From Octopus bimaculoides (taxonomy: Eukaryota): DNA of 64,000 nt. The stretch is from assembly GCF_001194135.2 (NCBI RefSeq), contig NC_068986.1, positions 17,398,719-17,462,718 on the forward strand. The letters are read 5' to 3'. Positions within the stretch are counted from its first letter, which is position 1. Each line of letters opens with the position of its first letter. The notes beneath the pieces were generated by a model that did no database searches, was not told the DNA's origin, and worked only from the letters and a program-made list of their open reading frames with translations. This document shows positions 1-12,310 of the stretch, piece by piece. The position numbers were made by a program, and so were the translations under genes.

Positions 1-495
1 ATGGCAAATAAGTCGAAAGGTAAGCTACTATAAATCGGCACGAACTTTCCGGACAACCCAATATTAACGTTGTAAATCTTCATAGATTCCAATACACATC
101 TTATTTCCCTATTTTACTATTATATTGAACCATTTCAAAAAGCTGTTCCCAAACTAGGTTAAGTATACTGACAATTAGCATCTTCCGCCTAGAAAAAGAT
201 TTTTAAAAAAAGAGTAAATTTTTCTGAAGTGTAATTTGTAATTATTACATTTTTCATTTATCATTCTAAAATCAGGAGTCAAGAAAAAATTTCAAACTTA
301 CTTATTTTGTGGAAAACGTTATTTTTCTTATCACCATGTTGGATTTGTAGTGTATATATCGCGTAGATATTCCTTTCTATATTCTTCTAGCCTTAAGACA
401 CATAAAGCCAGTCGTTGCGTATTAGTGACTAAGACACTGCATTTCTCTAAGCGAGACGTCTTTGTTAAAGAGGTTCAGCAACAGTGAGAGAAGAG

Positions 496-667
496 GATAA
501 GTCGATAACATCGACACCAATACTTCACTGGTTTTTCATTTTATCGACTGTAAAAGGATGAAAGGCAAAGTTGATGCCTGTCTGGATTTGAAATCAGAAC
601 ATAAAGCACCGGAAAAACCGCTAAGAATGTTGGCAGACGCACTGGCGATTATACCACCTAAACGCTT
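496..667 (-). mobile_element. tRNA-derived SINE family A (Meta/MESC-domain-like), degenerate copy
   Basis: Decayed match to the many in-window copies of the core ...atcgac...aaaggatgaaaggcaaagttga...gatttgaaatcagaac. Confidence 0.7.
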
Positions 668-835
668 ATATTAATTAATATGTTGTTAATAATGAAGTTT
701 AATTCAAGGGACAGCAGTGTTTGGTTCTACAATCTGTTACTCATTAGTTCATAAATGAATAAGATAACATAGTTAGGTACGAATTTTACTTAATTGGTAA
801 TTTGAACATCACATTATTAAAGCAATATTTAAAGT

Positions 836-1224
836 GGCGAGTTTAGCGGTATTTCGTCTGCCGCTACGTTCTGAGTTCAAATTCCGCCGAGGTCGACTGT
901 GCCTTACATCCTTTCGGGTTCGATTATATAAGTACCAGTTACGCACTGGAGTCAATATAATCGACTTAATCAGTTTGTCTGTCTTTGTCCCTTCTATGTT
1001 TAGCCCCATGTGGGCAATAAAGAAATAAGAAACGTTAGCATCCCGGGCGAAACACTTAAAAGTATTTCGTCTGTCTTTACGTTATGGGTTCAAATTCTTC
1101 CGAGGTCGGCTTTACCTTTCGGGGGTCTATAAATTAAATACCAGTTGCGTACTGGAGTCGATATAATCGACTGGTCACCTCCCCCAATATTCTGGGCCTT
1201 TTGTCTAGTGTAGAAAACAATATT
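836..1224 (+). mobile_element. SINE family A dimer (left monomer 836-1029, right monomer 1030-1224)
   Basis: Two B-box heads (gagttcaaattcc; gggttcaaattc), each followed by the gtcgac...cctttcgg...taccagt core; junction aagaaataag|aaacgttagc. Confidence 0.9.
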
Positions 1225-1524
1225 TTGAATTTCGATTTTTATGATAGAAATTTACAATTAAATTACTCAAGGAAAATATCAAGAGTGGAGATAAGTTGAA
1301 TTCCAACGTTATCGAGAAGTAAATACAATGAAAATTACTGGTTTAAGAATAAGATTTTGTTTCAAAACGAGTCGAAATGTATTTCGTTGTATCTCGGGGC
1401 GGTTGTTATGTCACTGTTACTAACAGACACTGGATCTATTTCCCTTCTTTATTTTTCTTTGCGGTTAGTTATACACTTAACAACTTAACTAGTCGATTAT
1501 TTGACTAATCATTATGATACTCAG

Positions 1525-1653
1525 TCAAGCAGCTAGGTTTGTGAAAGAACTTGCATCGTAATCTATGACCACATTAATGGCATGCTTTCTACTCCAGGCT
1601 TGTGACAAGTCTGTCTGACGATCTCCTTGTATACAGGTTCTGTAGCTATATAT
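1525..1653 (-). CDS. Weak candidate terminal exon (IYSYRTCIQGDRQTDLSQAWSRKHAINVVIDYDASSFTNLAA*)
   Basis: Phase-0 acceptor tcttctcaatcacacccacag|ATA, open frame to TGA; no recognisable domain. Confidence 0.15.
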   Translation of the reverse strand: MYSYRTCIQGDRQTDLSQAWSRKHAINVVIDYDASSFTNLAA

Positions 1654-2567
1654 CTGTGGGTGTGATTGAGAAGATATGTGAGAAACGGAAGGTCTATATC
1701 TCACGTATTCAACAGTGCGCATGTTTAATATTGGCATAATGAACCGCCAGAGATACAACAAAATTTATAAATTTGCAATATTTAAAAATCCATTCCGCAT
1801 ATTGTGTATTAAAATTCCCCTTTCGTTACATTCACGAAATTACCTTCTTCTAAAAGTCAGATCAAATATAATTGTAAATGTATTGAATATTCTAAAAATT
1901 TTCTCGTATTGTAATACATTTTTGTAATATTCCAGGCATGAAACTGCAGTAAAATATTATTCCCAAATTTGTTGAGTTTCATAATTTATTTCAATTTATT
2001 TTTATTATGAGCAGTGAATTAATTAAGAAACATTGCCGTTTGTTTGGTGTTCTGTAAAATTAATAATTTCTCGCTTCACCTTGTAAGGAGATACTCGCAT
2101 CTCTCTGTATTAATAATCATTCAGATGGCACCACGCTTGTTTAAGTAACTGATTATGACTTCCTGATAATTCATATTCAACATCTGACGTTAAATATCAA
2201 GCATGTTCGACTACGTGAATGATATAAAAGATAACAGCTAAGAAAAATATCTAAACCTAAACCATATCGATGAAGGCTTTCGAAACCGTTTGTATTTAAT
2301 GTTGCAAAGACTGATAGCTTTAGAAATAAATTCACGTGGCCTTAGACCTTTGAAAACGTACGTTAAAAATTTACATAAACACAAGGACCTTCAAGTTTCC
2401 ATGAAAATTAAAAAAAATAATTACTCAATGAACTTCGTCAGGATTCTAATTAGATTTCCCTTTAATTTTAGTATAATGTTTCTCTTCGCTATATGTCAAA
2501 GTGAACACTGGTTAAATATGATGGAGATTTCGAAAACAAAAAAAAAAATGAAATAGTAGTATGTATG

Positions 2568-2949
2568 TTGTTGGCACTCCATCGTTTACGACATCGAGGG
2601 TTCCAGTTGATCCGATCAACGGAACAGCCTGCTCGTGAAGTTAACGTGCAAGTGGCTGACCACTCCACAGACATGTGTACCCTTAACGTAGTTCTCGGGG
2701 ATATTCAGCGTGACACAGTGTGACAAGGCTGACCCTTTGAATTACAGGCACAACAGAAACAGGAAGTAAGGGTGAGAGAAAGTTGTGGTGAAAGAGTACA
2801 GCAGGGTTCGCCACCATCCCTTGCTGAAGTCTCGTGGAGCGTTAGGTGTTTTCGCTCAATATACACTCACAACGCCCGGTTTGGGAATCGAAACCACGAT
2901 CCTATGACTGCGAGTCCGCTGCCCTAACCACTGGGCCATTGCGCCTCCA
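2568..2949 (-). mobile_element. Full-length tRNA-derived SINE family C with 11-bp target-site duplication
   Basis: Minus-strand head ggaggcgcaatggcccagtggttagggc (A box)...ggtttcgattccc (B box), ~380 bp body; tagtatgtatg at 2557-2567 and 2950-2960. Confidence 0.9.
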
Positions 2950-3003
2950 TAGTATGTATGATAACCACTAAATTGAAAATGCACATTCTTCGCCATATAT
3001 TTG

Positions 3004-3110
3004 TATGTGTGCGTGTGTGTATGTGTGTTTGTGTGTGTATGTGTGTATGTGTGTGTGCACGCGTGTGTATGTGTGCATGTGTGAGTGTGTGTGTGGGCGT
3101 GTGCGTGTAT
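3004..3110. repeat. Imperfect (TG)n microsatellite
   Basis: Direct reading. Confidence 0.95.
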
Positions 3111-3689
3111 ACATGAACTCCTTGCATCCTTTCCATATTTCTCGATTTCAAATACAACTTTCTAATCTTGCTTCCCGTTGTGAGGAGATAGTTACCTCTC
3201 TTTCAATTGATGGTTATCTGAAGGGCGATATGCGTGTTTGAATAATACTAGATATACCTTCAGGAAATTCTTCTCTAAATTCTGACGTTGGTCAAGCATC
3301 TGTGTTTGAAAAGGCTCGAGTGTTCAAAGCAGTTTGTTCAGCTATGAGAAAGATATTTGATATAACAGTCAGAAAAGATATCTACACCTCCAACATTGCT
3401 ACGCAATTACATATTCAAATTTGTTTTAACCTTATGCAAGGGAGAATGAAATAGAAAAAAAAATGTAGTTTAAAATAGTGCATTATACTTATAGTACGCC
3501 AGTGTAGTTTTTATATTACTGTAAATAAAGGTGTAATGTTCTGAATGAAAATGCAAAAACAATCGTAGTTAATTGAAATTCTTCTTATTGTTACTGAAGG
3601 AAAACTAAAATTTAATCGCCCGCCAATATTAGCGACTTAAACTAAATGGAAGAACAATTCAAGAAATTTGGAATTTCTCAAAAGTTAAA

Positions 3690-3890
3690 TCCGAATCTTC
3701 GACTAAGGAAAACTAAAATAGCTTTGACTACGATTGGACAAATTTGGACACGTTCCGGTCTAATACATTTTAGCTCGAGACATGATTCGGTCCAATAGAT
3801 TTCTCATTCTACTCCATAAATTCATCCTTTCCTGGTAGCCGTGAAATGATGATAATCGGGAAAAGACAAATTCCGTAATGATTTTGCGCT
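3690..3890 (+). mobile_element. Possible piggyBac-like transposase relic
   Basis: Frameshifted fragments DYDWTN and MIRSNRFLILLH resemble PGBD motifs DYWS and MSRNRFxLxLRFLHF; weak. Confidence 0.2.
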
Positions 3891-3917
3891 TTAACACTGT
3901 GTATTTTCTCTGTATAA

Positions 3918-3920
<3 letters not shown>

Positions 3921-3975
<55 letters not shown>

Positions 3976-4303
3976 NNNNNNNNNNNNNNNNNNNNNNNNN
4001 NNNNNNNNNNNNNNNNNNNNNNNNNNNNNNNNNNNNNNNNNNNNNNNNNNNNNNNNNNNNNNNNNNNNNNNNNNNNNNNNNNNNNNNNNNNNNNNNNNNN
4101 NNNNNNNNNNNNNNNNNNNNNNNNNNNNNNNNNNNNNNNNNNNNNNNNNNNNNNNNNNNNNNNNNNNNNNNNNNNNNNNNNNNNNNNNNNNNNNNNNNNN
4201 NNNNNNNNNNNNNNNNNNNNNNNNNNNNNNNNNNNNNNNNNNNNNNNNNNNNNNNNNNNNNNNNNNNNNNNNNNNNNNNNNNNNNNNNNNNNNNNNNNNN
4301 NNN

Positions 4304-4341
<38 letters not shown>
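3921..4341. repeat. (TC)n - N gap (3976-4303) - (TA)n
   Basis: Direct reading. Confidence 0.95.
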
Positions 4342-4342
<1 letters not shown>

Positions 4343-4954
4343 TAGATGAAGGACGCACTCACACACATGCAGACGAACAAACAATTTGATTTCCAGCACG
4401 CAAAGGACATTATCCAATGCAGAAGTCTCTGTTCAATTGATTGAGATATTTAACCAAAGCTAGAGCTCATCCGATGAAATTTTTCTGCATGTCTATATTT
4501 CTGTGTGTATTTACCAAGAGGTAAACATAGCTACTTAAATATAAACACAATCACCACATACATATGTAGCTCAATGTATAGAGATGCCTATGTACGAATC
4601 TATATACGTGTATGTATATTTAAGCGTCGGTGCATGTATGTACAAGCGAATCCGCATAAGCAGATATTGTTGTAAGTATGCTGTCGTCCTGGAAATTATT
4701 TAAGTTTTTTCTTCCTTAATAGATTAAAAGCCTGCCACTCAATTCAAATCTCATTCATTCTTTACAAAGACAAGTATTTGTTAAATTGATAAGGATTTCT
4801 CTGTTTCAGTCAAGATGGTACCAGGCATCTGTGCAGACGTGGTTGCATATAGTCAGGTGCATGAGTATGTTGATGCGAGAATATGCACGGCTACATGTAA
4901 GTATGTATGATGCATATAATTCTGTTCAATGCTTTTGTAGAAAGCATTTTTGAA

Positions 4955-4984
4955 GAACAGCAACAGCAAAAACAGCAACGAGAG

Positions 4985-5016
<32 letters not shown>

Positions 5017-5258
5017 GCAATGATGATGATATTAATAATAACAATAACAACAATAAAAACAGGAGCAATAATAATAATATTTATGATAGCAATTATAATA
5101 ACGACGATGACGACGATAACGATGATGCTGAAGATGATGACGACGACGATGTTGAAGATGAAGCTGATGGTGATGATGACGATGATGATGATGATGATGA
5201 TGATGATGACGACGATGTTGAAGATGAAGCTGATGGTGATGATGACGATGATGATGAC

Positions 5259-5314
<56 letters not shown>

Positions 5315-5441
5315 TTTTGAGGATGATGGTGATCGTGATCGTGATGATGATGATGATGAGAGCGACGGCGACTATGTTGAGGATGATGACGACGACGATG
5401 TTGAAGATGATAGTGAAGATGATGATGGCGATGATGATGGC

Positions 5442-5501
<60 letters not shown>

Positions 5502-5636
5502 AGGGAAGCTGATGATGATGAGGATGATGATGAAATGAAGATGATGATGAAGATGATGATGATGAGGAGGAAGATGATGCTGATGCTGAGGATAATGATG
5601 ATGAGGAGGAGGATGAGGAGGAGGAGGATGGTGATA

Positions 5637-5699
<63 letters not shown>

Positions 5700-5700
5700 G
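4955..5700. repeat. Compound degenerate trinucleotide array (AAC/AAT grading into GAT/GAC/GAG)
   Basis: Continuous 3-bp periodicity; internal ~60-bp block duplicated (about 5135-5190 and 5205-5260). Confidence 0.95.
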
Positions 5701-5936
5701 TGAAGCAAACAAAATATATACCGGAGGGAGAAGATTTGACCAGATACTTACTGAAGCACCTGGAGAAACAGATAGAAATGTTCTGCTAAATTTGCTGCTC
5801 TCCTATGTTGACAAAATATGATAGAATTGTGCGTGTTGCAGCTTTATCGCTGTCGCCGCTACATTATTGAATCTGAAACGGTCTGTCTATTCTCGTTTCA
5901 AATTTCCCATTCCGGTGACATAAACCTGTCATTTAC

Positions 5937-6137
5937 CTTTTCTTGATACGACTGTTTGCCTGCTGTATGATACCAATCTATTGATAAGGGACGAAAACTC
6001 AATCTGTTACCAACATCTCGAAACTTAGAATAACGAGAACGTTCTTGTGGGTAGAAAGTCTTAAACATCAGTACAGACATTTGACAAATTCTTTCAGTAA
6101 TTCGTAGAACTGAACGATTTTCAGTAATTAATACAAG
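5937..6137 (-). CDS. Candidate internal exon (LVLITENRSVLRITERICQMSVLMFKTFYPQERSRYSKFRDVGNRLSFRPLSIDWYHTAGKQSYQEK)
   Basis: 72-codon stop-free complex frame (to 6155) ending at strong donor AAG|GTAAAT; acceptor weak. Confidence 0.25.
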
Positions 6138-6159
6138 CTTACAATGGTCTTCTCTTTAG

Positions 6160-6391
6160 GTTAATGCAAAATTTCGTATATCTAGATACATGTAAGATTT
6201 CCCAATTGTTTAAACTACAACAATATTGCTGCATTAGTCAGTTAATCTACCACGAAAGTAGGATTCTGGAACTAGGAGCGGGAAGGATTCGAAATATTTG
6301 TGATACTGGCACCGCTTTCCTAGTTGCCATTATGAATCCGTCCTTCTCAATAGCGATTTCCAAGGAAATTCACTTCGTTGAGGCTGATCTG
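6160..6391 (+). CDS. Candidate internal exon containing ILELGAG
   Basis: Acceptor tcttctctttag|G, open frame, donor CTG|GTAACT; motif only partly matches methyltransferase motif I. Confidence 0.2.
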
Positions 6392-6767
6392 GTAACTCAC
6401 AGCGAAAAATAAAAATGGACTTTTCCAGCAATTATTTTAGCTACAAATTTATGACAACACTTATCAAATAAATAGTGAAATTATTAATAAAAAGTTTGTT
6501 GATAATGTAATTACACTATGATGCATAGACTTGATAGCAGAAGAAAACAAATTAACTTTTTAATGAAGAGAATTTTTTAATTCATTAAATGTGATTTACC
6601 ATTTCACAACATCAAAAACCAGATTAGTGCTCCAGAAACGATTCTGTAAACTTAGGCCACAAAAATGATCACAGGAGTGGTCCTATGATACACAGTACTC
6701 AATTCAACTAGCAATTTAGTGACTGTTAGCAAACTTAACAAGAATGACACTGGTAGTTGGCTAATAA

Positions 6768-7012
6768 TTCTTTCTAATATAGGTACAAGGCATGAAATTT
6801 TGGGGTAAAGGGCCAGTCGATTAGATCGACTCCAGTTCGCAAATGGTATTTAATTTATCGACTCCAGTTCGCAACTGGTACTTAATTTATCGACTCCGAA
6901 AGGATGAAAATCAAAGTCGACCTCGGCAGACTTTTAACTTAGATGTAAAGACGGACGAAATTCCGTTAACCATTTTGTCCGGCGTGTTAACGAATTTGCT
7001 AGCTGTTGCCTT
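6768..7012 (-). mobile_element. SINE family A with internal 32-bp tandem duplication
   Basis: Family core plus atcgactccagttcgca(a/c)(a/c)tggta... repeated at 6825 and 6857. Confidence 0.85.
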
Positions 7013-7233
7013 GGTAGGTTGGTAATAATGCTATGAAGATTGTCATTTTCTATAGGAACTGGTTTTGCTATGTTGATAAATAAGAGTCAAGGACAAAATT
7101 CAAAGCCTCCAACTGCAGTGTTCCCATATGTTGCTAAATGTTGAGTGGGTGATTCAACAACCCTAAGAGCATAAGGGACATGAGAGAATTCAACCGCTCA
7201 GCCTGAAAAAAAAACAAAAAAACATAACACAAT

Positions 7234-7740
7234 ACGTGCAGCTGTGGCTCTGTGTTAAGAAGCTTGCTTCCCAACAACGTGGCTCTACGTGGCACCTTGG
7301 GACGATGTCTTGTACTATAGCCTCGGGCCGACCAAATTCTTGTGAATTGATTTGATAGGACGGAAACTGAGAGGCTGAAAGAAGCTCGTCGTATATACAT
7401 ACATACATACATACATACACACACACACATATGTATATATATATATATATATNNNNNNNNNNNNNNNNNNNNNNNNNNNNNNNNNNNNNNNNNNNNNNNN
7501 NNNNNNNNNNNNNNNNNNNNNNNNNNNNNNNNNNNNNNNNNNNNNNNNNNNNNNNNNNNNNNNNNNNNNNNNNNNNNNNNNNNNNNNNNNNNNNNNNNNN
7601 NNNNNNNNNNNNNNNTGGCGGTTCGGGCACAAGGCTTAAAAAAATGCGACCTGTGGTCGATTTGTTCGACAGAAAACACTTCAAAGCATTGCTCCAGCAC
7701 GGACGCAGTAAAATAAATGAAATAAATAAAAGTATAAAAT
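7234..7740 (+). mobile_element. tRNA-derived SINE family B (CORE/OR-like) with internal microsatellite and gap
   Basis: 5' half gtggctctgtgttaagaagcttgcttcccaac...ctatagcctcgggccgacc, (TACA)/(TA)n, gap 7453-7615, 3' half ...gctccagca...aaataaaag. Confidence 0.85.
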
Positions 7741-9175
7741 AATAGTGAATATAGAACATTGACCGAACGTTGTTCGTGGAGAAGTTTTTTGAAGTAAATG
7801 TAAATATTGGACAATGTATAAACTGAGTTTGCAAAATATATTATAAAATATTTTTTAAATGAAGGCTGTTTTTTTTTGTTTTGGTTAAACAATAATAAAT
7901 CAGTTCGTTATTAAATCTTCACTGAGAGTAACAACTTAACGTTTGATAATTTAACCAATTAAAAAGCATCTAATATAGCGTCTATTATTCTGAAAGTGAA
8001 AGTGAAAGTAAAGCTTATAAATTTCTATTTCTTTCAAAGACTTTGTATTTAAATTGGATGTGTTTTATATTACAGGTAACATTTACTATGAACAACTAAT
8101 CTAATTTTAAACTTTTTCCTTTTGCCGTTAGCAAAGCCACGGGCCTCGAACTAATTATTATAATTCTAAATGATAACATCAGTCGAGGAGTTGATCTACC
8201 TCAAAGGTGAATTATTTCTTGTCATTGTCACAGACTACAAAATCAAATTTGCCATGTTTGCTGCTACAATAAAAACAGCTGTCCACTTGCTTTAGCTTAC
8301 GAAATATATAATTTTCGACATGTCTTTAAATATTCATTGCTATCCACTGGGCAAATGATCTCCACAGCATTTCACACGATATGATAATAACGACACACCT
8401 GGTGTGCTTGCATTGAATAATACAGTTTTTATTGGAATGTTCCTCCTCTATAGTCTATTTTTACAATTTTTAATGCATTGTGTCTCTGTTGTGCCTCTAG
8501 AGCGTTTGTCTAGTCAATCCTTTCTGTGAATATCTTTAGATATTGTTTCTATGACAATGCTATGTCACAGAAAATCATATTAATCTGTGCACATTTAAGG
8601 AAAACTAATGATGTGAGGGATATTATACAGATATGATACTTTATAATTTATATTTTGAAATTCTCTAAATTCTTCGTTTGCAGCCATTTACATTATTTCT
8701 ACAAACAAGAGTATAGATTTTAACCAAAAATACAAACCTCTATCATTGAAATTTAAGCTAATTCAGTAAAGACGAAAATACTAAACACTAAATTAGTTTT
8801 GAATATTTTTTTCTTTTCCGTTGATATCTATATACAAAAGCATTTCAAATATAACCATTCTCTTCCTGAAAACACGTTTTCCTTTCAAAAGTATTACTTA
8901 AAAACCATCGCAGCCTTAGCAAAAGCATCACAAACTACAGGTTGATTTGTAGATTCTTCAAATATAATCTGAGATTATACGAAGTTATTTCAAAGTTTTC
9001 GCACGTTCTTGTCTCTTTTAACTGATTTTAAATGAAATATTCATATTTACTGAGCATATTAACAGCTCAGAATTAAATATTTTGTTCCATTACGAAATAT
9101 GACAATCCTGTACGTTTGTATTTAGGCAATTTAAGACGACAATATTCCATAAATATGTATTTATGTGCAGTAGAT

Positions 9176-9945
9176 GCAGGTGTTGTTCGCTGATAATAGT
9201 GCACTGGTTGTCCACGTCACTGAAGATATGCAGAAACTGGTAGATAAATTTACCAGAGCTGCATGAGAGTGTAGCTGAAAAATTTACATCAGAATAACCA
9301 AATGCCTTTACTAACCTGTGGAGAACCTGCAGGTTGGCTTAGTGTACTGTAGATAACTAGGCAGCACCATTTCAGATAATGTATCACTGGAACAAGAAAT
9401 CACATACAGAACGAGCAGAGCCTGAGCATCATTTGGCAGGCTGCAGAGAGGCTGTAGAAACTAATTATGTTTCTATACGTGTCAAATGTAAGGTATAGCA
9501 GGTATAGTAAGGTATATACTTGTTGTATGGAGCCAAAACTGGACAGTTTATTAAGCTCAAGTAGACAAGTTGCATACATATATGATGAGATAAATTATGA
9601 ATATCACTGTCTGTGACAAGGTCGGGAATGAAGAGATCCTACGGCGTGCTGGATCTGGCTCCAATGATGGAAATTCCTTATTGATAGAAATTTATGTTGG
9701 TTGGGACACGTGCACAGGATGTATAACAGCAGACTCACCAGACAAGATATTTACTCTCTGCAGTGCAAGGGGAAAAGAAGCCATAGAAGATGAAGACTGA
9801 GAAATAGGAAGTGGAAAGGAATTGGTCATAATAAATGAGAGAACCACTCGAAAAACCGACCAGTATGGAGAATACTTATCACGTGATGCCAAAGCCATGG
9901 AAAGTCATAGTCAAGACGACTGACTACAAATATAAGATGTATTTA
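9176..9945 (+). pseudogene. RTE-clade LINE 3' fragment (reverse transcriptase C-terminal half), disrupted
   Basis: Frameshifted translation gives VLFADNSALV (RT FADD motif), LGSTISDNVSLEQEITYR, LLYGAKTWTV, DKVGNEEILRRAG, WxGHVHRM. Confidence 0.9.
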
Positions 9946-10136
9946 CTAGTAGGACCCATGTAAATTCCACGGAATGGAAACAATTAGGGGAGAAAGAATT
10001 TGAATTTTTATTGTAAAAATTAAGAAAAAAAGGGATCATTTGCATTTTCATAGCATTCATAGTGTCGCTTTCTTTAAATATTCTTGATATTCGTCTACAT
10101 TGATTTCTTCATGTCTCCATCGGTGTTGAATTTTAC

Positions 10137-10237
10137 CTCCTTTATTGTATCTTCTCGTTCTTCCTCTCTGATCCGTTCTCTATATCTGCGCATCCTTTCT
10201 TGATCAGCTTGCAACTGTGTTCCTTGTGAATCCAGAT
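10137..10237 (-). CDS. Candidate exon or TE-derived charged coiled-coil fragment (DLDSQGTQLQADQERMRRYRERIREEEREDTIKE)
   Basis: Acceptor cctaag|AT, donor GAG|GTAAAA; a shifted frame continues QHRWRHEEINVDEYQEYLKK, which suggests a decayed TE ORF instead. Confidence 0.2.
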
Positions 10238-10422
10238 CTTAGGCTAAATTAACCCTTTTTATAAACAAATATCATTTTTTAAAAGCGAGCAGACGATAAA
10301 TAATTGCATTTATGCGTATGCAAAGGTCGCTATAAAAAAATAAAATTAGTTAAAATAAAAACAACTTTTCCGTATCAACACACCACCACTATCTGCTTCT
10401 CTCTCTTGCACTCTGTCGTACA

Positions 10423-10456
<34 letters not shown>

Positions 10457-10674
10457 ATATCTACCTGACCTGTCCAGCTCTCTCTATCTACCTTTCTCTT
10501 CAGCTGACATTTTAACAACGTAAGAGGTATTCCTTCTCCACCCCAACACACTTCTCACCCCCTCTTTTTCTTTCGTCGTCTTATTCTCTCGTTCCTCTCT
10601 TCAACATTTAGCTGACCAAGTGAACATTTGGCCTAAGTGTATTAATGTTATTTCAAATTTTTACAAGGACAGCT

Positions 10675-10860
10675 TAGAGGAGGTGGGGATGAGTCGATTA
10701 CATCAACCCCAGTGTTCAACTGGTAATTATTTTACCGACCCCGAAAGCATGAAAGGCGAAGTCGACATTGGTGGAATTTGAACTCAGAACGTAGCGGCAG
10801 ACAAACCACCGTTATGCATTTTAGCCCGGCGTGCAAACCATTCTGCCAGCTCACCGCCTC
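10675..10860 (-). mobile_element. SINE family A
   Basis: Core and head ggaatttgaactcagaac...ctgccagctcaccgcc. Confidence 0.9.
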
Positions 10861-11558
10861 TCTTAGTGTGTTAATATTAATCACCTCTCTCTACTTTTCC
10901 TCTCTTCTTTCTTCACTCTTTCATTTCTCTCTCTCTCACTATTATTCAACCTCTCACTCACTCCACCTTCACCTCCACCGCTTTAACTAACTAATGTATA
11001 ACAGGCGAACGAAGAAACAGATTATTATATAAATGTACCTATGTTTTGTTCTGGTTCAAAGGTTCTTTTCAACAACAGAGAAGGGGCTTGTTTGAGAAAA
11101 CAGAGAAACACAGACAGTCTGAGCTGAAGTATCTATACAAGTTTACATAACAGTAATTATGCTGACACATATATCATATAAGAATAATAATGTGTTCACT
11201 GCTGAATGTATATTGTACAGTTTTAATTATCATAAAAATGTTGTGTAGAACACAGTGAGATTATTAGCTCACAAGTTAGAAATTTTCTAGGTCAAAAGCT
11301 TATTCTCATGATGAATATTCCATGATATTAAAAGAATGAATGATAGAAGAATTCGATTTTTATGCCATATATTAGTGTTCCACCCCAACTTTTGTATATA
11401 CAGAAGGTAACTAGGTTTTTTTTTTTGTCATATTTTGCGTTTCAAAACTAGCTAACTGAAGTAGCCTAGTTTCATACAGGAATTGAAGAGTCAATCTACA
11501 GACTCTGCCCTGCCATTGCCATCAAAATTAGACTGACGAATTCACTTGTGCCATGGTT

Positions 11559-12250
11559 ATATATATATATATNNNNNNNNNNNNNNNNNNNNNNNNNNNN
11601 NNNNNNNNNNNNNNNNNNNNNNNNNNNNNNNNNNNNNNNNNNNNNNNNNNNNNNNNNNNNNNNNNNNNNNNNNNNNNNNNNNNNNNNNNNNNNNNNNNNN
11701 NNNNNNNNNNNNNNNNNNNNNNNNNNNNNNNNNNNNNNNNNNNNNNNNNNNNNNNNNNNNNNNNNNNNNNNNNNNNNNNNNNNNNNNNNNNNNNNNNNNN
11801 NNNNNNNNNNNNNNNNNNNNNNNNNNNNNNNNNNNNNNNNNNNNNNNNNNNNNNNNNNNNNNNNNNNNNNNNNNNNNNNNNNNNNNNNNNNNNNNNNNNN
11901 NNNNNNNNNNNNNNNNNNNNNNNNNNNNNNNNNNNNNNNNNNNNNNNNNNNNNNNNNNNNNNNNNNNNNNNNNNNNNNNNNNNNNNNNNNNNNNNNNNNN
12001 NNNNNNNNNNNNNNNNNNNNNNNNNNNNNNNNNNNNNNNNNNNNNNNNNNNNNNNNNNNNNNNNNNNNNNNNNNNNNNNNNNNNNNNNNNNNNNNNNNNN
12101 NNNNNNNNNNNNNNNNNNNNNNNNNNNNNNNNNNNNNNNNNNNNNNNNNNNNNNNNNNNNNNNNNNNNNNNNNNNNNNNNNNNNNNNNNNNNNNNNNNNN
12201 NNNNNNNNNNNNNNNNNNNNNNNNNNNNNNNNNNNNNNNNNNNNNNNNNN

Positions 12251-12301
<51 letters not shown>

Positions 12302-12310
12302 TGATATAGA
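11559..12310. repeat. (TA)n - N gap (11573-12250) - (TA)n/(TATG)n
   Basis: Direct reading. Confidence 0.95.

Noticed and set aside
2262-2305. Hammerhead-like cgatgaaggctttcgaaaccgtttgta
   Set aside because: Core lacks CUGA and the stems are too short to support a ribozyme; at most a decayed Penelope end.
2870-2949. tRNA-like sequence with A and B boxes (also at 47364 and in SINE A/B heads)
   Set aside because: No cloverleaf 3' end; continues into a SINE body, here with a TSD.
4950-5789. 279-aa Asp-rich ORF resembling Aspein/Asprich shell proteins
   Set aside because: Pure trinucleotide array, no signal peptide, drifts into poly-Met; all overlapping frames are equally open.
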